NCBI GenBank assembly: GCA_951406725.2
Contig: OX597820.1
Coordinates: 44,826,001-44,890,000, forward strand
Length of the DNA stretch: 64,000 nucleotides
Reading direction: 5' to 3'
Source: Octopus vulgaris
Lineage: Eukaryota
The notes beneath the pieces were generated by a model, which was not told where the DNA came from, did no database searches, and saw only the letters and a program-made list of their open reading frames with translations. A program made the position numbers and the translations under genes. Below, piece after piece: positions 25,101 to 37,258 of the stretch; position 1 is the stretch's first letter, and each line of letters starts with the position of its first letter.

Positions 25101-27599
25101 TTAGGCATAGATATATAAACAAGATGGGAAGTCATGTAGCCTAGTGGTTAAGATGTTGCACTCAAGATTGTAAGATCATGGTTTCAATTTCTGGATCAGG
25201 CAGTGTGTTGAATTCTTGAGCGAAACACTTCATTTCACATGGCTCCAGTCCACTCATCTGTTAATGAGTAATTTTGTGATGATTGGTGTCACATTCAAGG
25301 GGAATGTTGTAAGCTCAGATGCTTATACACCATAGCAACCAGGTAACTGGCCCTAAGAGTCCTAAGACTCAAGATAATAATGTTTAAAAAAAAGAAATAA
25401 ATGATGGTCATAGCTGGAATACTTTTGATCACACATTTATTCAATCAGGGCTGACTTTGGCCAAAACAACAATTACACAAGTCAAGTCAACATTCCTGAA
25501 ATTTGAGTATTACAGTATGATAAGCTTGAACATTACATATCAATGGGCATTTACAGTTTTTGCTTAGATGCTGTCTCCTGCTCTTCCACCACCACGATGT
25601 CATTGTATTGGAAGAGGAGACAGCATTTAAGCAAAAACTGATGAGGACATCATCATCATCATTTAACATCTGTTTTTCCATGCTGACATAGGTTGAATGG
25701 CTTGACAGGGCCGCATTAGATTTCATAGTTAATTTTGGCTTGGTTTCTACAGTTGGGTGCCCTTCATAATGGCAACCAATTTACATGGTGTAGTGGGTGC
25801 TTTCTTGGCACCAGCACCAGTGCTTTTTATGTAGCACCAGCACCCACACCAATACTTTTAATGTGGCACCTTGGTCTTAAGACCCGAATTCTGTTGTGGT
25901 GGGCAGGTCGTCTTGAGTACAGCAATGCATCATATAGCTGTTGTACTCTTTTGATCTTGTAAAATTATCAACACTCCCTCCACCTCACCCACCACATTAC
26001 ACTTATATTGAAGTTACTCCAGTCCACTCAGCTGGCAAAAATAAGTAGTACCTGTATTTCAAAGGGTGAGCCTTGTCATACTCTGTATCATGCTGAAACC
26101 CCCTGAGAACTACATTAAGGGTACATGTGTCTGTGGAGTGCTCAGCCACTTGCATGTTAATTTCACAAGTAGGCTGTTCCATTGATTGGATCAGCTGGAA
26201 CCCTCATCATGATAACCAACAGAGAGATGTTTTATATTCTTCCCAGGTTGGGATGTCGGTCCATCACAGAATTACACATTTTTACCAGTTGAGTGAACTG
26301 GAGCAACATGAAACAAAGTATTTTGCTCAAGAACACAATGCATTGCCTAGTCCAGGAATCAAAACCACCATCTTGAGTCCAACAACCTTAACCACTAAGC
26401 CATGCACCTCCACAATCCCAGCATATAACTGGCACTAATTTTTTATTAACTCCTAAAACACAAAAGGTAGTAAAATATGAAATTGGGAAGTGGCACAAGA
26501 TGAAGATGTTCTTATTTAGCCCAGATCTGTCTTGATCAATCAGGTTTGATCAATGGTGTTCCAGATGGGTTTTTTTTAAATATTAATCTTTTAGTTAGGA
26601 GAGAAGTGAATTGCTCATAAATCTTTTACAGAGCTTCTGAGACTGGTTTAAGAAAATCTCCTCAACTGAAGACCTGATCCAAATACTTACAACAGAGTGA
26701 ACTCTGCTAAAGGCACCCAAAGTGACAGTTGGATAGTGTGAAACTAAGTGATGGATTAAGTCTACACCTAAGTAGACCATGGTAGGATTTGAACTCAGAA
26801 CACAAAGAGCTGAAACAAATACTGTAAATCATCTGGTCTGACATTCTTATAATTTCACCAATCTACTGTCCTGGATTGATATTTTTTTTATTGACACTAA
26901 AAGGCTAGAAGACAAAGTTAACCAGAGCAGGATTTGAATTTAAGGCACAGTGCACAGAACAAATATTGCTAAACATTTTATCTGCTGCTCTAACAATTCA
27001 ACCAATTCACCACCTAAAGAGATAATCCACTTAGTGTGTAAAAACTAGACTTAGAACTGTTGTGCCATATTGCTACATGTTATAAGAAGAAAACTAAAAG
27101 TGTTGGTATCAGAAAGTGCCTCAAAAAGTGAGCTATGATGAATATAAAATGACCATCATATTTACAATTAGTAACACCTGCTTTGGTAGCAGAAAAAATT
27201 ACCTTCATTCTTAGTATCAGATACAATATTTAGCTTATTTATGATTAAATGATTGAGCAAATTCATAGAGGCTTCCTCATTCATTGACCAGTGGTGAGGG
27301 TAAATCAATCACAAATGTCATGTGTAAGTCATAGCTCTGAATCAAATTCACAATGACTTTCAGTATTGGATTATTGACAACCATCCACGTGATTAGAAGT
27401 TCTAAAACTTCCTGTTAAGAACAGCCAGTGCTTGTTTGTTAAAAAAAATATGGTGACTACTCTCTATTATTAGGTGGAAAACCACATCTGGATTGAGGGT
27501 ATTGTGAAAAAAAGATAAAACTGAACAAGTGTTATATCAAAAGTTATGTCCCTTAGTCGCAAAAGTCTACAAAAGTTTTCAAAAAAATGTGTGTAGTGG

Positions 27600-28620
27600 T
27601 ATTCATGTTGGGTTTGGAATGCAAATAGAGGAGGTATAACATGTGTAGGGTCTGGGGGATGGGCAAATGCTTAAGCACTTAAGCCAATGTTTGAGTGCAT
27701 ACGTACTGAAGTGTTCATTAGTGTATGTTTTGGTGAGACTCTTTGTTGGGTTCTCAGGATATGGTGATGAAAGAGCTGGAAGTGGAGAATTGGTGATAAT
27801 CATGATGGGGCTTATAGACAGAATAGAATATACCTTCTATATTGTGGGCAAGGGCTAAAAATTTACTTCCGCAGTTTAGGTAGATGCCTGGGTGCCAATA
27901 GATTTTAAATGGCTCTTTTTTTTTTTGATTAAACACAACTTGCATCTCTGCTCCTATTAAAATAAATCTTGTACTTCTCTAAGATTTTCCCCTTTATGCT
28001 GAACTCTGTGGAGCTTTCCTTTAGGGAGGACTTATGGTTACTGCATCTGGTTCTAAAGGAACTTTCTGTCACTCACACATACTTCTGCACTGTTGGTTGC
28101 CCATTTGGACCTTTTGATGTTACCTGTGCCTCATATACAACTGTTTCCATTTCTTTATTGCCCACAAGGGGCTAAACATAGAGGGGACAAACAAGGACAG
28201 ACAAAGGGATTAAGTCGATTACATCGACCCCAGTGCGTAACTGGTACTTAATTTATCGACTCTGAAAGGATGAAAGGCAAAGTCAACCACAGCGGAATTT
28301 GAACTCAGAACGTAGCAGCAGACGAAATACCGCTAAGCATGTTACTAACGTTTCTGGTCATATACAACTGTTCATGTTGCAGTGGTTGGAGACATATGGT
28401 GTTACCTCTACATGAGCATCTAGTCTTTGACACAGGTGTGGGCCTGCCTACTAATATCTTTTTTTACACTAGGTGCACAGCTAACAGAAACTCTTAATGT
28501 GCATGGGGGAGAGTGCTTATCTACTAAGCAAAGGAAAATCCTACCCATACAAGTTTTTACGCTTAAGAAGAAGAGGCGATGCAAACCACAACACTTTCCA
28601 AAGAAAATCTGCTTCAACAT
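27600..28620 (-). mobile_element. Penelope-like retroelement remnant (RT C-terminus plus GIY-YIG endonuclease), interrupted by a SINE
   Basis: Minus-strand peptides SVKTCMGRIFLCLVDKHSPP...RVSVSCAPSVK and VVYEAQVT...QKYV*VTESSFRTRCSNHKSS...FSIKGKILEKY resemble the PLE motifs VKTNIG..FL.LVDKHFP, VVY.A.V and YIG.TE..FK.R..NH..S. Confidence 0.75.
28146..28357 (-). mobile_element. Family B SINE (Nin/Deu-domain-like centre) with a 15-bp TSD
   Basis: TCATATACAACTGTT at 28131-28145 and 28358-28372; the family centre GCCTTTCATCCTTTCGGGGTCGATAAATTAAGTACC resembles the Deu/Nin SINE domain. Confidence 0.9.
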
Positions 28621-30177
28621 GTGACTTAGAGATAAGAGTGTTGGGCTCACAATCATAATGTTGTGGACCAGGTAGTGTGTTATGTCCTTGAGCAAGGCAC
28701 TTCATTTCACTTTAAATCTAATAAGCCGAAAATCAATAACAACTTCTCTCCCTGAAACAAACATAGGATGGCCAGAGGGTGTCTATAGCTACTTGCAATT
28801 ACATAGGTGCCAAAAGCAGTTAACAAGAGGATAGTACATGCTACCATATCGTAATTACTCATGAGTGATGGCCACTGTTCTTTTATACATAACAAGTATC
28901 AACCTTATTTGACATTCATGTCTTTTTTTATATATACAGTTGGTACTTGTGATTATTTTTCTATAACCTTATGTTCGACTAATATCATTAACTGTGACTT
29001 TTAATGCTCATTCTCAGATTAGTCAAGACAACTGACAAACCATTTTTCCACTACTACTACCCCCACCACCCTACATTATGATTGTGTGTGTGCACGTGTG
29101 TGTGTGCATGTATATGTATCTATACAAATATACATACACTTGTATCATGTGTGTAAGTATATGTATATATGTGAGTATCTATATGTATACATGTAATGTA
29201 TGTTTCTATATATATATGAGTGTGTATACCTATATGTGTGTGTGTGTCTATATATGTGTGCATAGATGTATGTATATATACACACATATATATGCATAGG
29301 TAGAGAGGGGGGAAGAAAGAGGATACAGGGAACTTCTGTTAGCAAACAGTTCAAAGCTAGACTTACTAAGGTGTTTTTAATGTGTTTTTACCTGTTGAGG
29401 AGAGAGAAAAAAATTTTCCAGTCTAAACAGTTTTACTTCATGACCTTGCTCTCTCCAAGAGTTATATTGGAGGTGTGTGTGTGTGTGATATGAAGAAAGG
29501 TAAAAGAAAAAAAAAATGAATAAATAAATGTAAGCACACACAGACACTTGCTCTTCTCTCTCTTCACCAAATCTTTCTCCATTTCTTTCTCCTTCAGTCT
29601 CTCCTCAACTCAATCTCTAGACTTCTATTTCTATCTCCTTTTTCCACCACATCTATGTCCTCCAATTTCTCTCTCTCTCTTCCTCCACCTTTCCCTTTAC
29701 CTACTCTCCACTAGTGTTTTTACACTTTCTTCCTCCCCATTCTCCGACCCCCTTCTCTCTCTCTCTCTCTCAAAATGTACAGTACACTTAAGGAAATGAT
29801 GGATTAAATCCTTTATTTACATAAGACAACACAAACACAAGATGGAAAAAGCAAAGCAAGCCTGTGCCTGAACAAAGACATGTTTGGCTTAGCTTAGTTA
29901 ATCTTTCCCCTTGACAGCGCCAATGTTCAGTGTTTATAGATTGATCATATATCCACCAACAGCAACACTGGATGGATAGAATGAAAATAGACCCCCATTA
30001 TGCCACACATTTTCGTGTCTGGGGTAGTTCTTTTCAGTACAAGATGATAAACATTGAATGCTTGGACAGGTAATTTGGTACAGAAAGTGGTGCACTGAGC
30101 TAAACACTTCACTCTATGCAATATGATTACTTAAGTCCTACGAGAGATTTTAATTTCGTCTTTTATCGTCCTGGATA

Positions 30178-30220
<43 letters not shown>

Positions 30221-30548
30221 CACACAAACATGAGTAAGCACATAAATGCAAAACCAGGTGGAGAAAAAATAGTATTCGAATACCAAAGGCAGAGTAATAT
30301 GCTTTTATTAAAGCTGCAAAAATCTTCACAAATTTGTGAAGAAATTTTAGTCAAATGAATCGACCCCAATATTGATATTCTTAAGCCTGGTACTTATTCT
30401 ACCAGTTTCTTTTGCTGAACTGCTAAGTCACGGGGATGTAAACACAATATCAATTGTCAAGTGATGGTGGTGGACAAATACATACACACACACACACACA
30501 CACACACATATGATGAATTTCTTTCAGTTTCTATCTACTGAATCCATT

Positions 30549-30657
30549 CCCAAGGCTTTGGTCAGCCCAAGGTTTTGATCAGCCCAAGGTTTTGGTCAGC
30601 CCAAAGCCTTGGTTGGCCCTAGGCTTGGGTCAGCGCAAGGCTTGGTCAGCCCAAGGT
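30549..30657. repeat. ~17-bp minisatellite (about 6 units) inside a family A SINE
   Basis: CCAAGGCTTTGGTCAGC unit repeated with substitutions. Confidence 0.9.
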
Positions 30658-32879
30658 TATTATAAAAGACACTTGCCAAAAGTACCACACAGTGGGACTG
30701 AACCCAGAACCCTGTGGTTGGGAAGCAAACTTCTTACCACTCAGCCATGCCTGCACCTATATGATGATGATGATGATGATGATGTCAACTGTGCCTTAAA
30801 TTGTCAATAAAATAAAATAACTCTCTAGGTTAATGAACAAGTAGAATTATTCAAGCTTCAATAAAAATGCTTGTGGTGTTTATTTTATTTCTATGTTCTG
30901 AGTTTGAATTCTACCTCGGTCATCTTTGTCATTTGTCCTTCCAAATTAAGGACCAGTGAAAGCATTCTTTCTGTCTTACAGCTATCATGTCTTAGAAATA
31001 TTGCTGAGTCAAGGGTATGAAGCTGGAGAGAATGTCTGTATCAGCTCACAACTACACAGGAACCCAAATTAAGAATAAAGGTAAAAGTGCATGCTGCTAC
31101 CATGTCATACTTGATTGCAAGTGCCAGACATGTCAAACATAAATAGTTGGAAATAAATACAGAATCCAAAGAAACTAGCAGTGTCTTGTGTCAGCAGCAA
31201 CCCTTAAATATTCACAAATTCACAGAATTTTATGAAATTTATGCCTCAGGAAGGCAAAAGTATTGATGCATTTAATAAAGCTTTTTGTTAGAGAGAAAAT
31301 TTTGCAAGAAATGTTTGTATTTGTATCTCCCCATAGCATATATATAACTCCAAATTTACAAACTTTAGTAATATAAGGGACTGATTCAACTCCATTATAT
31401 TCTGGTTCCTTTGTTCTTGTTGGTGTTTAGCCCTAAATCAGCTCTGACAGAACAAGGTTATGATCAAAGGTATTCCAACTATGACCATCCCATCTTTTTA
31501 TATATCTGGGATTACATTATCCGATATATATCCTTCACTTTTTCTAAGAAGGTAGAATGCAAGTTGCAGGAGATTTGACTGTTATTTCTACCATCTACTT
31601 GAAGGCTCCATCAGCAGATAACACCTGTCGAGTAAAGTCTGTAGAGAGTCATTTGACCTGCTAAAAATAACAGTCAAATCTCCCTCAATTCATACAGACA
31701 GGTGCTAAGCAACAACAACAACCACCATCATACTGTGGGTGGCCTACCAGCCCTCCACCAAGAAGGTGCTGACTTATTCATACACTTTTATACATCACTG
31801 TTTTTACAGTCAACTCCTAATTATTTCCACAGTCGACTCATTAAATATTGACTTGTTTTCTGAGGTGGTTTCTGGAGCAACTATACAAGACTATTCATGG
31901 ATGGCTAGATGGACAGATTTATGTATGAATGATTGCAGGTGTGTATGAGCATATTGATGTATAGTGTGAGTATTTAGTTAGGGGGTGGGGATTACTTTGG
32001 GGAAAGGTACTGTACCCATGATCTTCACAGGTTTGTTTGCTATACATCCCATTTCTCTTGTAACCAAATAAGCAATCCGAAAATGTAAGTGGTCCAGTAT
32101 CAACTTGGTTATATTTTTCAGGAGAGTGCTCAACCAAACATAATATTTTGACAAGTGTCAAAAGGCAGCTACACCCATAGATCATGAAAGTTACAGGTGT
32201 ATTAGCAATTCATTCAAATTCAGTTAGTTTAAAATTTGCACAAAGGAAGACATAAAAAACAGAAAGTATACATCAAGTCACTAAGTAGAACAAGCAATAA
32301 ATATTGTACCAAGTTATTAGTCAGAATATTGCTCATATAAATTTTATATCAACACATACCCCACACATGCATACATGTACTCTACACAAGGAGAGAGGGG
32401 GAGAGGAGGAGAAATAGAGAGAGAGAGCGGAAGGTTCTTTTTCATCTTCATTCATTTGCTTTATGTCTGTTTTTCCCATGTCAGTATGGGTTAGATAAAT
32501 ACTTATTACTGAAACTTTTTTTACAGCTGGATACCTTTCCTATGACTAACCCCAACCTGTCTTTTAAGTAAAAGGTTGTTTGTTTTTTTTAAATTCCACT
32601 TGTCTTCAAAAGTACAGAGCTAGAGGATGATCTGTTGACAAAGAAGGTCAACATAACATCATTGATTTTTCTCAGTGCTTTCATACAAAGACACAAAAGG
32701 CATTCACAAATACATGCGTGCACACACACACACACACTCACACACACTAACACATAATGAGTTTCTATATAGTTTCTGTCAACCAATTCTATTCCACTCA
32801 CAAACTTTGGTTGGCCTTAGTCTACAGTAGAAGACATTCTATGCAGAGACATAGAGCCTAAGACCAATAGTTACAATGT

Positions 32880-33495
32880 AATAATAATAATAATAATAAT
32901 GAAATTATTGTATACAGTGCTCAGGTGCACCACAACTTGTCAAAAGTGCATATAAAGCATATGTAGTAATGTACAAATGTCTGGAAAGTTAACAGTGTAC
33001 GACTCAGATACATGCTTGCGTGTGTATGGAGGGGAGAAAATCAGGTGTAGTGTTGGCAAAACTCAGGAAGCATGGAAGTTTTGAAGGATGCAGTGCTCCG
33101 ACAACTAACAACTGATGCCAGCAGTCTGTTCCATGCTTCAGCAACTCTTAGTGTGAAAAAATGTTTCCGAAAGTCATGGGAGCTGTGCTGTTTTCTGACT
33201 TTGTAAACATGCTCATGGGTGTTAGACAGATGGTGTTTGAAAAGGTGCTCAGAGTATTGTTTGTAAGATTGTTAATAATTTTATGGGTGTCTGCCAAGTC
33301 AGCTGCCAGACGTCGGAGTTTTAATGTATCCATGCCCGGGGAAGTAAAGCGTTCAGAATATGGCAAATGCCTGATGGAGGGTATTCTCTAGGTTGCACGT
33401 CACTGAACGGCTTCCAGACAATATCCTGGGCAAGATAGGGGTTCCAGACTGGTGATGCAAATTCCAGGTGAGGTCGCACCATTGCTATATAAAGC
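32880..33495 (-). mobile_element. CR1-type LINE 3' fragment
   Basis: ORF 33148-33366 reads PYSERFTSPGMDTLKLRRLAADLADTHKII; upstream MVRPHLEFASPVWNP-like sequence; (ATT)n tail. Confidence 0.9.
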
Positions 33496-34994
33496 TATAT
33501 AAAAAAAACATTCAAAACCAACAAGACATAGGAAGGGAATGCCTTCTCTCTGGGAAGCAGAACATTCAAACCAGAGTCAAGAACTGTGGAGAAAAGTTGT
33601 TAATGGCCTATGCTCCTAAGGTAGTGAAGGGTTCAAATAAATGAAAGGATAAAAGGTAAAGTTGACCTCAGCAGGATTTGAACAGGGAACACAGAGAGTT
33701 GAAACAAATACTACATGGAATTTCTATCCAATGCTGTAATTAATGACTACCATGTTACTGTCACCTTTTTTGTCTAGGTGGAGACAAATGGTTTAGTGGT
33801 TAGTATGTAGGACTCATGACTGTAAGATTGTGGTTTTGATTCCTGGACCAGGCAATGTGTTGTGTTCTTGAGCAAAACATTTAATTTCACATTGTTCAAG
33901 TCCACTCAGCTAGCAAAAATGAGTAATCCTGCAACATACTGGTATCTCGTCAGGCGGGAAAAAAAATATATGCTTCACAGAAACCAGGAAACAATCCCTA
34001 TGAATCTATAAGTCTCAGGGAGGATCTTTTCTCTGTCTATATACATGATAAACCTGTCAAACATTATAGATATTGATTATAAAGAGTATCCATAAGAAAA
34101 TGTTCAATCCCTCAAGTCGTGCCAAACAACAAAGTTTGCTGCAATCTTCTAAATTTCATGCATGAAATGAAACTCATCCAGCAGAAGGAATCAGAGAATT
34201 AAAGAATTGGTAAAGAATTGGTAATAATTCCTTTCTATTAAAGACATAAGGCTTGAAAATTGCAAGGAGGGGATTAATTGATTACACTGACACTCAGTAT
34301 TCAACTGATAACTATTTCATCAACTACAAAAGGATGAAAGGCAAAGTTGAGTTGGGTGGAATTTGAACTCCAAAAATGAAAACTAATAATTAGAATTTAA
34401 ACCGACCTTCACCAGATAAAAATATAGAATGCACCTTGTTACAGTGTGCTTCTCCAGATTTATGTTTTTCTAATAACGATATATATACATATTGATTCCT
34501 TTTAATTGTTATATATATATATACATATATACACACACAAACACATATATTTATAAGTATACTATTTAAATATGCATCTAAGTGTGTGTGTGTAACTCCC
34601 AAAAGTAATTCTCCAGTGTCTAACATTTAAGCCAAATTATCTTCCTACAAATACAACAGGTTGTTAGAAATCAACAAAAAAATTATCATTCTGTTTGTCT
34701 CATTGATTGACATAACAATTAAAGAATTGTGCTTAATCACTTAGGTCTGTGATGAGTACACAAATCCATTTATAATCTTGTCTTACTTTTTGCTTTTGTT
34801 TTGTCACTTTCTCCATTTTCTAATGACTATCATTTTATAGGAGTTAATCTGACTTCAACCACTGACGAGATGAAAACCACAAAGCACCACATTTATGTGT
34901 GGAGAAACATATTTACCCCAGTCTAGGTATCACACCATATAGAAGTATGGAGAATTTTCTTTCTTTCTTTCTTTGTTTATTTTAATTTCATTGC

Positions 34995-35164
34995 TCTACT
35001 CTTTACTCGTTTCAGTCATGTGACTGTGGCCATGCTGGAGCACTGCCTTTAGTTGAGCAAATCAACTCCAGGACTGATTCTTTGTAAGCCTAGTACTTAT
35101 TCCTATTGGTCTCTTTTGCCGAACCCTAAGTTACGGGGAAAAATACAAACATACACACATACAT

Positions 35165-35228
<64 letters not shown>

Positions 35229-35249
35229 ATATGTTTGTATTTTTCCCCG

Positions 35250-35285
<36 letters not shown>

Positions 35286-35458
35286 CACATATATACGACG
35301 GGCTTCTTTCAGTTTCGGTCTACCAAATCCACTCACAAGGCTTTGGTCGGCCCAAGGCTATAGTAGAAGACACTTGCCCAAGGTGCCACGCAGTGGGACT
35401 GAACCTGGAACCATGTGGTTCGTTAGCAAGCTACTTACCACACAGCCACTCCTGCACC
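34995..35458 (-). mobile_element. Family A SINE with an internal inverted duplication
   Basis: Collinear with 51845-52240 except for the fold-back at 35129-35254. Confidence 0.9.
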
Positions 35459-36804
35459 TATATTATTTATTTAAAAAAATATTTATTTATTTTTAAAAAA
35501 AGTTTTGTTACTTAATAAGAGGAGGAAGGTCGGTGCTCTTGCCCTTTATCAAGATTCCTGAGACATGTGTGGAAGGAAATTATCCTGAAATTGGTAGCCA
35601 GGTTTGAATGTTTGCAATAGAGAGGACTCCACTAAAGGCACTCACATCCCAGGTAATGGTGTTAAGCTAAGCCACAGATTTAAGTCTACCACCCAATAAA
35701 TACCATATGTAAAAGAAAACAGACATGGAGGGGAACTAACATTACAAATAAGAGCTTATCTATGCACATACAAGTACACATGTAAACACTTGCAAGCATG
35801 AGCATGTTTATACAGTATAAAGTAAACAAGAAATAGATAGTATAGTGGAAACAAAGAGAGAAATACAATATAACCTAAAATTTATCATTTGAAGACACTT
35901 CAAATTTATGATGTGATAAGGTTAATCAACTTTATCTTTTTTCTTTATGAAAAAAAGCTGAATAAATTGAAAGTGTGTTGATCAAATGACCACTTTTGCG
36001 CTCTTATGAAAGGTTTTAATAGTTGATAGAGAAGTCTTCTTAACTGTAGATAGGTACTATATGTAAGTATAGCTTACTGTTGTATGCGATAACAACTGTT
36101 TTGTTAGCTTGAAGTACTGAACTCAGTTCTAAGTTGATGAGGCTTTTGAATCTAATTACAAAAAGAGCAATTTTTAGTGATGTCTTTAAGCCTAAAAAAA
36201 GATTCTGTCCTTTCTTATAGTTTACATATGTCTGTGCACTTTCAATTTATGTAATGTAAAGGTTGTCTAAGCTCAAATGGATTTTAAGGGATCTAGTTTC
36301 ATGATATAAAAGAATGAGACATAAACCTTGCTCTGGATAATGTACCAGTTTAGCTCAGATGACCTAGTACTTAATGTATTTTCCATCATACAAGTCAAAG
36401 TTTTGAGATCAAAATTTACAAATAAAAAGATAGGCCAACTTATACACCAAGATGACTTTCAAAGATCAAAAGATCAATGTGAAACACAGCAGGAGTTGGA
36501 AAGATAGTGATGATGTGTGAATGCTAACACTAAATGTTTACACTATATACTATGCTGGCTTGTATGCCAAAAAGTATGTTTTCTCTGACAGAAAAGGACA
36601 GTCTTCTAACATGTTTGAAGTGACAGCCTATATGCAAATGGTTGAATGCTTTATCTGCTCAGATGACTCACATATAATTTGTGGGGTATATCCAATTTTT
36701 CATACATTCAGTTCTTCAGCACACATGTTGTCTGCCTGTTCATTGTTGTTGCTTAGCTCTAGGTCAATTCAAAGCAGACCCATAACAAAATTTTATTTAT
36801 TTAT

Positions 36805-37258
36805 TTATTTTTTTTGGTCTTTGGTCAGTAAGTTATTTCCTATTTGCTTCTATCTAGGAATCAAAGGAAATGACTACCATTCCCTTCAAACTTTGCTTTT
36901 ATGACCTGGACATTAATGTTTTGAAACTGGCCTATTTTCCATTACATTTCATACAGATTCAGCATTGAGTTGCTAAAGCAGAAATATCATTATAGCAAAT
37001 ATTCTGCTCAATATCACAGATTTACTTGTCAGTTGCTTAACCTGAACCACTTGAGCATGTCCCTTAGTGGCTGACAATATGCGCATCTCTGATCATGAGC
37101 AGGAATAGTGGAGAAGCATCATAGCCATGTGCTGAGAAGGAATCTTTGAGGTTTGAATAAATGTAACAAAAGCAAAGTTTGAAGGAAATATTTTTAATTT
37201 TTCATAGTTTCTAGGGGTAAGAAAATAGGAAATAATAGTTGCTACCAAGGACAAAAAT
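36805..37258. mobile_element. MITE with ~100-bp degenerate terminal inverted arms
   Basis: TTATTTCCTATTT...CCTTCAAACTTTGCTTTT on the left is mirrored by AAAAGCAAAGTTTGAAGG...AAATAGGAAATAA on the right. Confidence 0.7.

Noticed and set aside
29945-30012. Minus-strand MCGIMGVY resembling a class II glutamine amidotransferase N-terminus
   Set aside because: Only a 4-residue match, it terminates after 21 codons and there are no supporting exons.
31990-32200. Weak resemblance to a Gypsy RNase H region on the minus strand
   Set aside because: Too degenerate to support without a profile search.
35053-35515. Recurrent peptides such as RASFSFRLPNPLTRLWSARGYSRRHLPKVPRSGTEP in many ORFs
   Set aside because: These are antisense translations of family A SINE copies, not a gene family.
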